Shown here piece after piece: positions 25,859 through 39,000 of a stretch of 64,000 nucleotides of DNA. Origin of the DNA: Magallana gigas (lineage: Eukaryota); assembly GCF_963853765.1 (NCBI RefSeq), contig NC_088857.1, positions 13,392,001-13,456,000 on the forward strand, given 5' to 3'. Made by a program: the position numbers and the translations under genes. The first letter of the stretch is position 1. Every line of letters starts with the position of its first letter. A model generated the notes under the pieces. The model had not been told where the DNA came from and searched no databases. It saw only the letters and a program-made list of their open reading frames with translations.

Positions 25859-28800
25859 GATCAAATTTTTTTCTCTGAAAATGTTATTTTCTACTAAAAT
25901 GACAAAAAAAAAATCATGGTTTTTAAATTTCTGTTAGCCATATTTTTGTGGGAAAAGCTGTAAAGAAGCCTAAAATGAAGCAAAATTGAAATTATTGTCG
26001 TCCTGTATAAAAATTGATCTGCTATATATTCCTTAGAAGAGAAACCTTTCTTCTGTTAAAAATTCGTGATTTTTTAAAATCTTATTTATCATAAAATTTA
26101 AGTTACATGCAGCATTATCACTCTAGCAGGTGATTGCAAAATAAAGGTCTAAAAAATACAACATATACACCAAATACACAGTTATTTTTATCTAGGTTCT
26201 TCGCAGTCCACTGTGCTATTAAAACCGGATGAATATTTATGGCTGAATAGAAATTACCATTGAATTTTTCGATTCCGTTTTCATTTTAGGTTTATTTTGG
26301 ATGAAATCACATTTTAATAGAAGGATGTTTATGCGAGTTACATCAGATCAATGAAAGCTTTAGCAACAAAATAAGTTAAACCGATTTACTATAGTAGTTC
26401 CGTTTTGACAACGCGAGTCTATATATAATGAAGCCTGTTGGGATCGGGCTTGGTGTTCTAGATATATTCTAATCAGATTTCAAGATATATAATGAAATAA
26501 TTGAAAAAAAACACAACCAATATGATTGATTACTTTTTTGTACAAATGGCCAGAGAGATGTTTTAATGCGTTTGATAATAATTAACAATGTACATGTATA
26601 TTGATAAGATTGCAAAATGCATCTTTTAGACTTAGGTGGTATTGGACACCCGTCGATATTAATGTGGATAGAAGTACAAAGGCCTAATATACTTTCGCCG
26701 ATTTAAAATTTTCGAATTTTACAATACTTGACCAAGAAAAATGTTTTAAATACTTTTTGGAAAGGTGAAAATTATACAAGGCCCATCTGGATTCGAACTC
26801 CAGACTTAAAAATCCGTAGTTAACTCTTTTAGATGAAATTAAAAAAATATCCCAGAAAAACCAAGATACATGTATACAACTATTGTAAAATGCAAATATG
26901 CTGCTAACGGCTTTAATAAAATTATATTTTTGTTTGTAAAAGATAAGAATCTGCGGTTGATATAACCATAATTATGTTTTTAATTTAACACTGTTTTCGA
27001 TATCATTGTTTCAACATATAGCATTGAATTCTTCCTTTTTTCATGCAAACAAAACATTTCTCTGTCTTTTATATACTTTTTGTTTATCACTAAAAGGAAA
27101 GGAAAATATAACATCTTTGAGTTAAAAATGAATAGATGTTCTGACAAAAGCCAAGCTCTTGATGTTCTATATCTGTAAAAAATATCACAAAAAACAAGCA
27201 AGGACAGAAAAAGTTGTTTTCCGATGAAAACGTGCACGTCCAATTGTTTTTCAAGGCAACCATCAGATCTTCCTTCGAGAGCAGTGACAGGGCCTGCCGC
27301 TACGGAGAATGAGGGTGAAACTTACAGCGCTTAGAATAGATACACAGAATTCCAGGTATCCAGTTCCAGCTATTTTCGAAACAATTGTTATTTATGACGC
27401 TTTTTTCCGACACCTCATCATTATATTCAGGCGTCTTTCAATACAACGGAATGATTGTCATCTAAACTCCTGATCATCCCCTCGTCAAAAAAAGACTTAT
27501 CGTTTCCGAAATCATAGTGCGAATATTTGGGAATTAGGCTATAATAGTAGACTTCCGTGAAATTTGAGTAAGTTATATTGGATATTTTCATTTCCTGCTG
27601 TGGTCATGGAATTCCAGGGTTTTAGGGGGAAAAGATAAATGAATGGGTTTGCAACAATGTAAACAGTCCCAAGGCCATTCACATGTCAATCATATAATAG
27701 ATTGATTATTGAGTCATATAGTGCTGATGCAGCATCTTTGAAAAAAGGTTTCCTTGAAATAAGTACGTGTATTCAGATAAAAGAAATCATTCAAAAGTAT
27801 GTAACTTAATTAAACATTTATTCTAAAAAAAAAAGTAAAAAAAAAAAACAAAACAAACAAAACAAAAACAAAAAAAAAATAAAAAAAACACCAAAAAAAA
27901 AAACCACCAAACAAACAAATAAATAAAAACAAAACAGGGAACGTTCAGTTCATCTGCATTGAATTGATCACGGGCGAAGCTGACCAAAATTATTTCTATA
28001 TACCGTAGGGTATATTCTGGCTTTATTTATAATATTCGTCGACATCAATCATACACAGATTCAGAGAGAGTCAAGGGAGGGGGGGGGGGGGGAGTTCTCG
28101 ACACCCATCTAAATTTTAAAATGAAAAATTAATTTTACATACAATACTTACGGAAATAGAAACTGGACCCCACTCTGCTTAACGGATAACACAGTTTCCC
28201 GAAATTAAGTTTATTTTCATGAACAAAAAATTGAGAGGAGGTAGTTGTAAGGACATGCACGAGCGGGCATTTCTTTAAAAAAATCCTTTACCCTTCTCAA
28301 GGATATGTAAAATTGATGCTGCAGACTAATAATATTTGTCCATGTTTAATTCTATGAATTATCCATAACACACTAACATCTATATTTAGAAGAGAATTCG
28401 CTTCCATGATTTAAAGAAACATCTAGAAATAATATAGGAAGTGTAATGGTCGGTAATACATGTAAGTGGTGCGTTATTGGTTACAAAAACTCAGACGGAA
28501 GGAAATGCGAATTCACTGATATTATGTACCGGTGTTTATTGAACTGGTGCATGTATAGGGGCTTTCTAGAGCAGATGTTTAATAAAGAAATCATAATTAA
28601 AAACTAAACCTCTGGGGAAGATATCACAGCAGGTAGCTTCACGATTAGGTGGAAATAAACATCAAACAGGAACACCTGAATCTAATAGCGCACAATCACT
28701 TACCTGACGGGGAATAGAGTTATTTGCGGTGAAGAATATGCTATTAATGCATTTCATTTTCAAATTTACAACCAGTTTTGACTCTCTGGGTGCCATATAC

Positions 28801-29210
28801 ACCCCCTCAAATGAACTTTTATGAAGCAGTACAATTGTGCTAAAATCAAGCGGTGGTATTTTAAATTGCAATTTTCTTTAAGAAATATTTCTAAGTTATA
28901 TTTCTAGGTTATGAAAAATGTTGTGTTCGGGATTTATAACAATTCACGGCAATGAACTTTCAAGAGCAGTATGAAAAAGGCTGGTCTTCAGCAAACCTTA
29001 TAACGTTAAGCAATTGCTTATGGAACAGGGAATATGCTTGCATTCTGTTAAAATACTGATCAAGTTCCGTATTTTTCATTATTCTATTTGGTCAAAAGGT
29101 CGAGAAATACTAAAAAAATAACCATGACCAACCAGCTTAAAGTTAATGACAATTTATCATGTTTAGAGCCAACCCCTTAAAAAAACCCCAAAACCCTCTT
29201 AAACACTGAA

Positions 29211-29703
29211 AGGGACGTGGTCACGATCTTGGTCAAAAATTATTTTTTCGATTTTAATGTTTACAATGCTTCAGTAAGGAAGTTTTAACAAACAACCTAA
29301 ATTTGAGTGTCATTCGTTGAGTTAAAAGCGAGTTACAGAGCTTACAATTCTTGCTATGTAAACCAAAGCTTTTGTTTACATTTTGAATGTTGAAATGCAA
29401 AAATTCAAGTTTTAGACCTAAAATGAATGTGTTAAACGTTAGGAACTGTTTATTTATGCTTGATATGAACTACATAGACAAAGCAAGTTGAAAACGATTT
29501 TTTACTAGTATATTAAACCTATGTAAACAAAAACAGGACACAAGCCTTGTTTACATGACAAAGAATTGTGAGCCATGTGTCTTGCTAATAACTCTACGAC
29601 TGACTCTCAAATTTCATTTGATCATTAGAAATGCATCCCTAAAGCATTGTAAATAATAGAAACAGAAAAAATAGAATTTGACCATAATCGTGACCATGCC
29701 CCT
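29211..29703. mobile_element. Kolobok-like MITE
   Basis: Imperfect TIR AGGG(A/G)C(G/A)TGGTCACGAT...TGGTCAAA, flanked by TGAA and TTAA. Confidence 0.75.
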
Positions 29704-29789
29704 TTAAACTCAGGAAGTATGATATAATACAGAGCCGGTTAGTTTGATCATTAAAACTATAACTACTTACGCTGTTTGATTAACATTAC

Positions 29790-30844
29790 ATGTCATTTGT
29801 GTCTGCTAGTGTGTCGCTATCAGCCCTGTTTCTGCTCCGTTTTGCGTTCCATTTCCGTTTCAATTCTATATTTGTTGCTGGTATGTTTGCCCCCCCCCCC
29901 CTCCCACGATTTACCATTGTTATAGAGGTACAGTAAGAAAGTCGAGTCATTTCCTACTCTCCGCTTCACATTTGTTTCAAGTGATAGACAAGATAAGTAC
30001 TGTGTTATCCAAAAGTACAAAAGTACACCCCCCCCCAAAAAAAATGTGTTTGATAATGATATACACACGTGTGCTTCTTATCTTTTATGTGCGAAATTAT
30101 GTCTGCTTTCAAAATTATATATAGCAATAAGTATCGAAAGAAAAAAATAACAGATTTGCAGATATTAAGTTACTTTCAAAACTCAGCAATTTTGCATGCT
30201 CTGCAGATAAACAAGTGCCGATTGCTTTATCCAACAAGGTGAACTTCTTTGAACCGTTCCCCACAAATCCCCAAGGAGCCTGGTCAGTCCATACCTTGCG
30301 TGCTTTTCCCGACTCAAGAGCGATGGTTAATTACGAAAACTTTCATAAAAACATGCCTTTGAACGCTGGTATGTTAAGAAGAAGAGGTAAATAAGAGATA
30401 GTGATATCATGAAAGCAACTAAAAATCCAGATCCTCCGAAGACAGGGGGTTTAACAATGTGTTGATTGGTCTTTGGTTTTTTGTTCATGACTCTCTAAAG
30501 ATAAGATCCATACATCGATGATAGGTAGTAATTAATTCGAACGCGTTTTTCTTTCGTAGCTCACGTGGATTTTCTGTTTTATACTAATAACACCTTTACT
30601 TGCAAATGAAACTGGAACAATGCAATAAAAATCGTAGATGTTTACAAACATTCTTTAAACACATGAGAAATCAATGCTATTTCGCTTTCATTGAGGCCGA
30701 CTTTATGGAAATGTGGTGTTAGCAAAAGCATTCTTAACAGTAGCAAAACGGTCTAAAGAGTTCTGTCTTCCAAAGTGGTTGGACTGTGATATCATGTCAG
30801 TTACAGTTATTTTTTTGTCTTTTTTGCCCTTTATTTATTTCTTA

Positions 30845-30916
<72 letters not shown>

Positions 30917-31738
30917 TAAGCGTCTTTTTTGCGACGTGTACTTGCTTCTCATTTCAACATGGACCAGAGAAAAAAAGAGATACCATAATTTTTCGTCACT
31001 GTTATGTCTGGGTCACCGACAAATGTTACATAACCCAGGCAACATGGGTACGTTATGATCGCATGTCAGATAGGAGACATTTATCTTGCTCACTAATTAA
31101 AAGATGCAAATTCCTTGTCATATTATAATGGATGCGCGGGATGATGGTATAAGCGATATGCATTGGCGTTGTTGCTTTTTCTGCTAACGTTACATCACGG
31201 TTCGGTTGCTTTTGGGTGCACTTTACTGCTTTATTTTGCAGGGATATGGTGAGGCGAGGAAAGGGAAGGTTTGTCATCGATTACAAACAAGATTAAAGTG
31301 TTCTCATTGCCAAAGGTATGCATCAAAAGAATAATATACTGTTGAATTATACTAATGGTAAGCGGTTTAAGAAACTTGTAAGCGTGTTACGTAATAAGTG
31401 ACCGATCGTTATTCATGAATCAGTTACAGTCAGGTTTAGGGCACATGCATGTATTAATATGAGAAAACAATTACAATAAGACCAATTCTATATTTCTGTT
31501 GGGTATATGACTAATAAGGAATTTTTGATCTTAATTCTTAGATAAAATAGTGCATGTTACCTTGAGACAGAGTATAAGAAAAACAAGCAAAAACAGTCAT
31601 GAAATCGCCGATCGGAGAGGATTATGTAGTAGTTAATATGCATCATATTGCCTTATTAGACGATCGATGCCTAGTTTCAGCTGTTATCAAACAATATGTT
31701 TTAACTGTGGAACAACTCATATCCAAATATATTTATAA
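29790..31738 (+). CDS. Candidate orphan multi-exon gene (~155 aa, hydrophobic N-terminus, Cys-rich C-terminus)
   Basis: Best-supported exons are 29790-29880 (ATG, donor G|gtatgt) and 30207-30368 (ctctgcag| to G|gtatgt, 162 nt open, GC-richer than the flanks). Tentative exons 30968-31047, 31242-31315 and 31681-31738 chain in frame. Confidence 0.4.
30849..30912. repeat. (AG)n microsatellite
   Basis: Direct reading; source of the ERERER ORFs. Confidence 0.95.
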
Positions 31739-31802
31739 CATTACGAATCAGTTTTGAAGACTATAACCCAATAATTTCATAAAAAGCTGAGCGACACAAA
31801 AT

Positions 31803-33046
31803 CATACATGCCAACTATCCCGATTTTTGCGGGATTCTCCCGATTTCACGTCGTCAAAAATAGAAATCCCGATATCCCGATCGGGATTGTCAAAATACCC
31901 CGAAATCCCGATTCTCAAAAAATCCAACCCGTTTTACGACAATAAGTCCCGATTTCCATCTAAAATTTCAAATCCCGCGCTGTTTGTCTACGCTAACCAA
32001 TCAAAAAGCGGGATTATGACCGCCATTGCTGTTTACCTGTATCGCGTGTGTGTATATCGGGATGTGTGAATTGATGTAATTATATGTACGCTACCTGTGT
32101 CTGGGTGTTTACAAACCTAATGAGGAGCATGTTATGATAGCCTAGTAATTAATCGGGAAGTATCGGGGTGAACAGCAAAATGCCACACTTTAAGTTTTTA
32201 CACAAACTTCGACAAGAATGGGGTTACACCACCAAAGAAAACGAAACTTTTATCCCAATATCGGGAGGCAGATTCCCGATTTTCGGGATGACTATCGGGA
32301 TCGTAATTGGATGACAACCATGTGTATTGCCGTGTAATAGGTATGTTTAACCTATATATAGTACAACTGAATATATTTATTGACAGTGTACATTCTATTG
32401 TGTACACATGCCACTAGGCGAGAACATTATCTACAAGAAGAATAGATATGTTAAACTTTATGAGTAACAATTTATTTTTATTTTGAGGGATTTTAGGGTA
32501 GACAATGATGGAATGAATGATGTTACAAAGAACACGAAAACAGCCATCCATCAAGCCACCTGCTGCTACCAACTTCTTTGTGAAATCAAAATTGGAGCAA
32601 GTTGAAGGTAACTAAAATTTTTAATAAGCTAATATATAATATCTATAAAGAATTTTAAGTCAGGAAACAATTATAAATACTTCTTTTCACTTTTTATAGC
32701 AACTTGACCCATAAATGCTTTTTAATATTTAATTTAATTAATTATTCATTTTATTTTGTAGATGTCACAAGAGCAGAGGTCCTGTTTGCCAACTGCATTG
32801 CAGAACTTAGTGCTTTTTGAACTGCTATACCATTCTATTTATTGTTTGTTGAGATTTTAAAGATTGATTTAATAAAGGTTGATTTAATATATGAAAATAA
32901 AGTTATGTACTTTATTTATGATTTCATTTGAAAGAGGAGATTGTTTGATAAACACATTAGGATAATGTTAATTTAATTTAATTTAATAGGAAAATGTCGT
33001 CGCGCGTAAAATCCCCCATGGAGATTTTCAAAAGTTGGCATGTATG
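31803..33046 (+). mobile_element. Internally deleted hAT transposon with a transposase remnant
   Basis: 14-bp TIR CATACATGCCAACT and perfect 8-bp TSD CACAAAAT (31795-31802 and 33047-33054). Many subterminal ATCCCGA motifs. Remnant peptides MNDVTKNTKTAIHQ (BED-finger tail-like) and DVTRAEVLFANCIAEL. Confidence 0.85.
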
Positions 33047-33195
33047 CACAAAATGGGCGTGTCTTATAACGTAATCGAAAAACGGCATTGGCATGGCCGC
33101 GTAGTAATGCATACCATGTGCTACATCTAAAAAATAGTTATTTTAAAATGCTGTTTTAAAATGTTGAAATTTGAAATAATATAACTATAAGTAAT

Positions 33196-33343
33196 AAGAA
33201 ATCATTCTTTGAATATTATGAGGTGATAATTTTGGTCGGAGCGTGGTCAAATCTATCATAAAGCCCTTCGGGCTTTATTGGATTTGACCACGCCCCGACC
33301 AAAATTATCACCTCATAATACTAAAAGAATGATTGATTCCTTA
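33196..33343. mobile_element. ~150-bp fully palindromic MITE
   Basis: Arms TATTATGAGGTGATAATTTTGGTCGG.GCGTGGTCAAATC and its reverse complement around the central hairpin ATAAAGCCCTTCGGGCTTTAT. Confidence 0.8.
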
Positions 33344-35122
33344 AATAAACACACGATTAAAAAAGAATGTAGATTTAACCACGTTAAACTAGTTATTCTA
33401 AATATTTCACTATGCTTCGAGGAATTTTGTTCTCGTTAGATGTTCACAAGGATAACAAGCTGTAGTAAGTACAGAGCACCAGATCGATTTATCTACATCA
33501 GCGTCAACTGATTGTTGTGATTCGTTTGATCTTGAAATTGTCCACTGAAGTAATGTTATTTTGCTAATATCTGCTGATGCACATGGTATAGTTATTAACA
33601 TATTATTCACTGAATTATTTCATTAATGTATTCTCAAGCCAGTGAATCGGAGTCTTTATTTTTTTTTGTATGACATGTACTTTCGGGCGTTAGATGGCGC
33701 ATAATGAATACAAGTACTGGTGCATTTGCTGGAAGTAACTGTTATCACCAAACTGGCAAATCTTAAGGTGAATCTTCTATCCAATACAAACATTTTTAAG
33801 GCGTGCTAGTAAGAAAATGCTAAATTAAACACGTGAAATATATATGCACGTGTTCACAAAACAACTCTAAAACAGCTCACGTTGAATCCTATGTGTAACT
33901 ACATTGTAAGAAATAAACTAGTATACAGCATGTTTGAGATTAATATTATGGTTATAAAAATTGCAAAAACAGTCTCTAATGATATAGATTTGACCCGACG
34001 AATATACAAATTCAAAATGTTCACGTATGTTAATAACAGGTAAACCAAAAAAAAAAAACCCCCAACACTTGATATAGAAATAGAGCCCAAGAACGCTAAA
34101 ATAATCCAGCTTTGTTTTAAACTGTTTCATTGTAGTAGGGCAAGGAATTCTGCAGAAGTGTGGGAGTTCATTTCTATACAATTTGTGAACTGAGTTTCCT
34201 TTTCCATGACGTCACTAGAATCATTGGATCTTATCAGTTCACAAAATACAGCAGAAATGCAATTGCTTGATTTTTCATTCATTACTTTTCAGCCGTAGTC
34301 TTAATCAATAGCGCCAAGAGAAAAGTGCATGAGCATGATGCAAATCTTTAATCGATTTTTTCAGAACACGATCTCTAAATATTTGTGTACACAAGATAAG
34401 AACTGTTTAAAAATAATATAGTGCATACAATTAATTATGATTAACTTTTGAAGTTTTTAATAACGCTGCTAAACATACAGATTTTTGGATTATTTTTCAT
34501 ACCAGGAATTTAATTGATGTTTCTAAATTTATTAATTTTACAGACAGATTGGAATCTTGAAATAAACTACAAAATCGTTTTGAAATTAATATTTTAACAT
34601 ATGTAAGAGCAAATACCACAGAATATACACCTAGAGAAAATTTAACATTGGTTTTTTTTTTACCGGGTACATTGCATGGAACGAGTTTCTTGAATACTTA
34701 TATTTTATTTGTAGATTACAAGGTTACTATACAGGTCCCTAGACTTTCCCTGACAGAATTTACAAATGCTGTAAATAATTATAGCGATTTGACATTTTAC
34801 TTTACTTATAGCATTAAAATATCCAATCTTCGGGTATCAGGAAAGACACATTTAGCATGAAGTTCACAGTTTTGAATTCTAACAATAAAACGTAAATTAA
34901 AAATAATTTTACAACACAACCATTAGGTACAAACATAATAAAAAAAATAAGTGTTGCTTAATATTCATTTCATCGCTAAAGGATCTTAAACATATTATGA
35001 TCGATTAATTATTGTGTTATTGTGTTTTATGTAAACAACAAAGGGCAAGATAAAAAAAAATAAATACAGAATATATCGAGAGTGAAAATATATTGCGCGT
35101 GGGAGTTCTGATGTCCAATTAG

Positions 35123-36008
35123 TCAAGGTTCTTTACCGCTGGCCTTTGGTGAGTCCAACATGACATTTTCCATAGAGTAATTAATATTAGTCACTGTGTA
35201 TGATGTTAATTTTTCACCATTGATGTCGGCTAGGAGCTCATCTACGGATTTACTGAAACAGGAAACAATACAAACATTAATATCCGACCTTTTTTCCTTC
35301 AAAGGAGGCATATTTGTGTTGTTTTAGTATCCTATTGAATGTCAAGGTTTCAAAGAGAAAAAAACCCGCCAAAGAATGATAATATTAAGAATATTTACAA
35401 CGAGAATTTAGCGTCGAAAGTACCCTCTGATATTTGCATTTTTCACTTTCAAAGTCTAAACAAACAACACTACATGTACATTTAAAACCATAGTCTCATA
35501 AAGAAGAATTCGAGAAAATGATGAAAAATATTTTTTGGTATCGAAAGATGTTTATTTTAATCGAAACTATGGGTTTCACTCAAAACGACATATTACATGT
35601 AATTTATTTGCAGTAAGATACAGTTGAAAAGTTTAGAAACAATCAGTGGTTCTATTTTCCAATCAGAAAACACCAAATTAAGGAGTATGTCATACGATAA
35701 AACGAAAAACAATTCATAAATATATTCAAATCCAAATATCTACAAACATTTTAGTTAAAAAAAATAACATTGTTATTATTTTGTGAGAATCGATTAATAT
35801 AAAGATATCTCCACAAATGTTGTAGAGATCATTTAAATTCATCTACAGATAACAAACCTGATAAAATCCTCACGGAATTGTTGAAGAAGAGCCATAGTAT
35901 ATAGCCCGGATTCCAATGGTTCATCGGCTGATGGTGATTGCACTTTACATAAAGCAAAGGAAATGATGAAATTATCTCCCCTTGGTTCTAATAAGGTCCG
36001 AGGGGGAT
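35123..36008 (-). CDS. Caspase small subunit (p10)-like exons of gene A
   Basis: PRGDNFIISFAL...SGLYTMALLQQF...KSVDELLADIN parallels caspase-3 PVEADFLYAYST...GSWFIQSLCAML...EFMHILTRVN. A phase-2 intron joins the two exons in frame. Confidence 0.7.
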
Positions 36009-39000
36009 CTGAAAAAAGTAAACTTGAATTTATTTTAAAAATGTGTTACATAGTGGTTTATGTTATTATGTGACAAAATTAACCACGGTAAAACTCATTC
36101 GCCTATCTATTAGATTCAATTTTTTCTCTGTTCACTTTATCAGTCTGAGAATAAACCCTATCTATTTACATTTTGACGTTATGTTAAAATTCCTTAAAAT
36201 TCATTTTTTTACTAAGTGAAGTTTACATTTAATTATAAAATGTGTTCAGATTTCGGTTTATAGAATTTGAATTTATCGAATTTAATATAGAAATGGTGAC
36301 ATTATTTATAGGGTGCAATTGCACATGTACAAACTACATGTAAACCTTCTTTGTTTGAAATATCTTGAACACAATACAGAAATTGCCGATTACATTCAAA
36401 TCTACTTACGTGGCATAGATACATGTAGGTTATTTCCTCAGACCTATTAAAATTCGTTTAAATCGCACGTATTAACCCTACGTGGTTTCATAGCTCAAGG
36501 AATTCATTGCACTCACTAATGTTTTGTGGATTATTTTGAACTTATATTACGGTTAATCTTTTTATTTACCGGGAAAACTATTGATCTGTTGATACTTTTC
36601 ATGAAAAATAAAAAAAAAACCCGAGTATATGTACCGCTTTTGGTTTTGACCTTTATCACTGTTGGAGCGTACTTCCGTTTTCCATCAACCAGTGTGAAGC
36701 ACTTGACAACGTAAGATGTCGATGACCATAGACCTCCAAACTCGCATTTGAACCTGGAAGATTTTTTGTGAAACGTGGCTTTCTTCTTTATTTTGTCCCC
36801 GTCCTCTCGTTCCAGCACAACCTGGTACTGCAACGATCCGGAAAAGTCTTTTGGAACTGGCGGGTTTTGCCAGGCGAGATGAATCTCCGAGGAGTTCACT
36901 TGGTGTACCAAATTAGCCGGCCCTTTAAAGATATACGCTCTTCTTAATGAAGATAAATGGCATGCATCAATGATGGATAGAACTTTGTGCACGTAAAACT
37001 TTATTACAAAAACTTTTGATTAAAGGAAGAAAACAACCCAAAACCACTTCGATGTATAAGTAAAAAAACACACGCATGAATGTCTAATATTGAATATCTT
37101 GAGTAAAAGTCATTGGAAAAAAAAGAATGCCAGGGTTTATTCTTAATAATCTTACCGAATTGAGGCGTTGTGAAGGATTTAACAGAGGGGTCGCCCTTAT
37201 CCTGGTTACGGACTGATACTTCATATTGGAGATCGGGATGCAAGTCTGTCAGGTGCACAGAATAACCCGGTACCCGCTTCCGTATTGGGGTTTTCATGAT
37301 CTTTGGGTCACATTTATACTCCACAATGTAAGTATTCTCCGTTTCCTCCGATATATAACTCTCCGACCAGTTGACAAGCACCTCAAAAGATGAGATAATT
37401 GTGATGGTCAGGTTTTCTGGGTTACCTGTAAAACCATTCATATATTTATTTTTTTATAATTATAACTAATGAATACCGAAAAAATGCAGGGAAGCATCAT
37501 GCATTCATTCCAAGAGTATGAACGACAACTCGGTTTGGTCTAATTACTGTTGCAGCGAGAGTGATTTACCTTTTGGTAATGTCTTTACTTTGACTTGTTG
37601 TGTGTACATCCTACTTTGCTTGTAAATTGAAACACTGTAATTAGTATTGCTTTCAAGCTTCACAATCTCGTGAACTTGACGGCATTCGGGTCCCAGTTTG
37701 AGAGGTACCGGTTTGAACCTCTTCTTTCTCGGGTCCAGGGGCTTGCAGTGGGCGGTGTAAGTAGAGGCCATGTCTCTATCTTGAATGTCTACCCACCATA
37801 TCAACTCGCAAGAGTTACTCGTTTTGGAGGAGACAAAAAGTCTCATCGCCTTATCTAAAAATATGTATCGAATCCTTTAAAATAGCTATCCAATCAATCC
37901 ACTTCGAAATCCAGTGGCTGAATTTTTTATAAAAATAATGATTATATTTTTACAAGTAGTTCAGCATGATTAAAATTGAGTCAGATAGAAAAGCTATCTT
38001 TTAATTCAAATGTTGATTGATTGACTATTTCCGCACTAAATGGTTAATATATTATATAAAATACGTGCATAATACTTGTTTGTTACACTGTACAGTCATC
38101 ATTGGATTTTAATTAATTATTATAATTTAAGACGGCGATGCATTGTCTCTTAAGTCAATATCATCTTAATAGACGACGTGGCCATATATTTACATGATGT
38201 AACGTGTGCAAAATGTCATTAGTTAAAAGTCAAATATTAGATACTTATGTAGAATCTTTTGAAGAAAAGCGAGGTCATTTGGTGATTATATGTCATCATA
38301 ACTATATTTAATAAATCATATTTATAATGTTAATACTTATTACCACACCATTGCAAATTCATTTTTTTAGAAAACAGAGTGTGGTTATTCAAAAACTAAT
38401 GTTCGATACATCTACATGTGACTGGATAAGTATGTAAAAGTCTAGTCAATAAATAAAAGTCTTTTTTCAGCACATACACTTGATAAAGTCTTTAAACTGA
38501 TCAGCAGGAGTCTTGTTTGTGACGTTTTATTTGAGGTTTATTTCTTTTTACCAGTTCTCACCTGTTTCAATGCGAGCGATGATGGACTCGTCAAGCTTCT
38601 CATCTGGACTTTCAGGATCTGAAATATAATGCAACAACAATTTCATGACCAAACAAAGAGAATTCTAAAATGTTATTGGCCGACGCTTCGCCTGCTAATT
38701 TTGACATTTCATATTATGAAATACAGAAACCGGATGCCGGAATTTCTTAAAGATTTTGGGGTAGTTGTCCTTTAAATTTTTTTTAAATTTGGAATAGTTG
38801 CCCTTTGAATATAAACGTTAGATTGTTGTGTCTGGAGCAGAACAAAATAGCAGCGTCGAGATTTGCTCAAATCTTTGCAGAGGAGAAGGAAGAACATTTA
38901 AAATTGAGTATAACATTATAATTAAACATTTTCAAAGAGTATTTGAAAGGTAAGATTAATAATTCTGAAGAGTTTAAATGACTGAAATTGGACAGGATGT

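Noticed and set aside
26633-26840. tRNA gene (B-box GTTCGAATCC on the minus strand near 26790)
   Set aside because: No cloverleaf; at most a decayed tRNA-derived piece inside a repeat.
30713-31058. ORFs with ERERER tracts
   Set aside because: They are translations of an (AG)n microsatellite.
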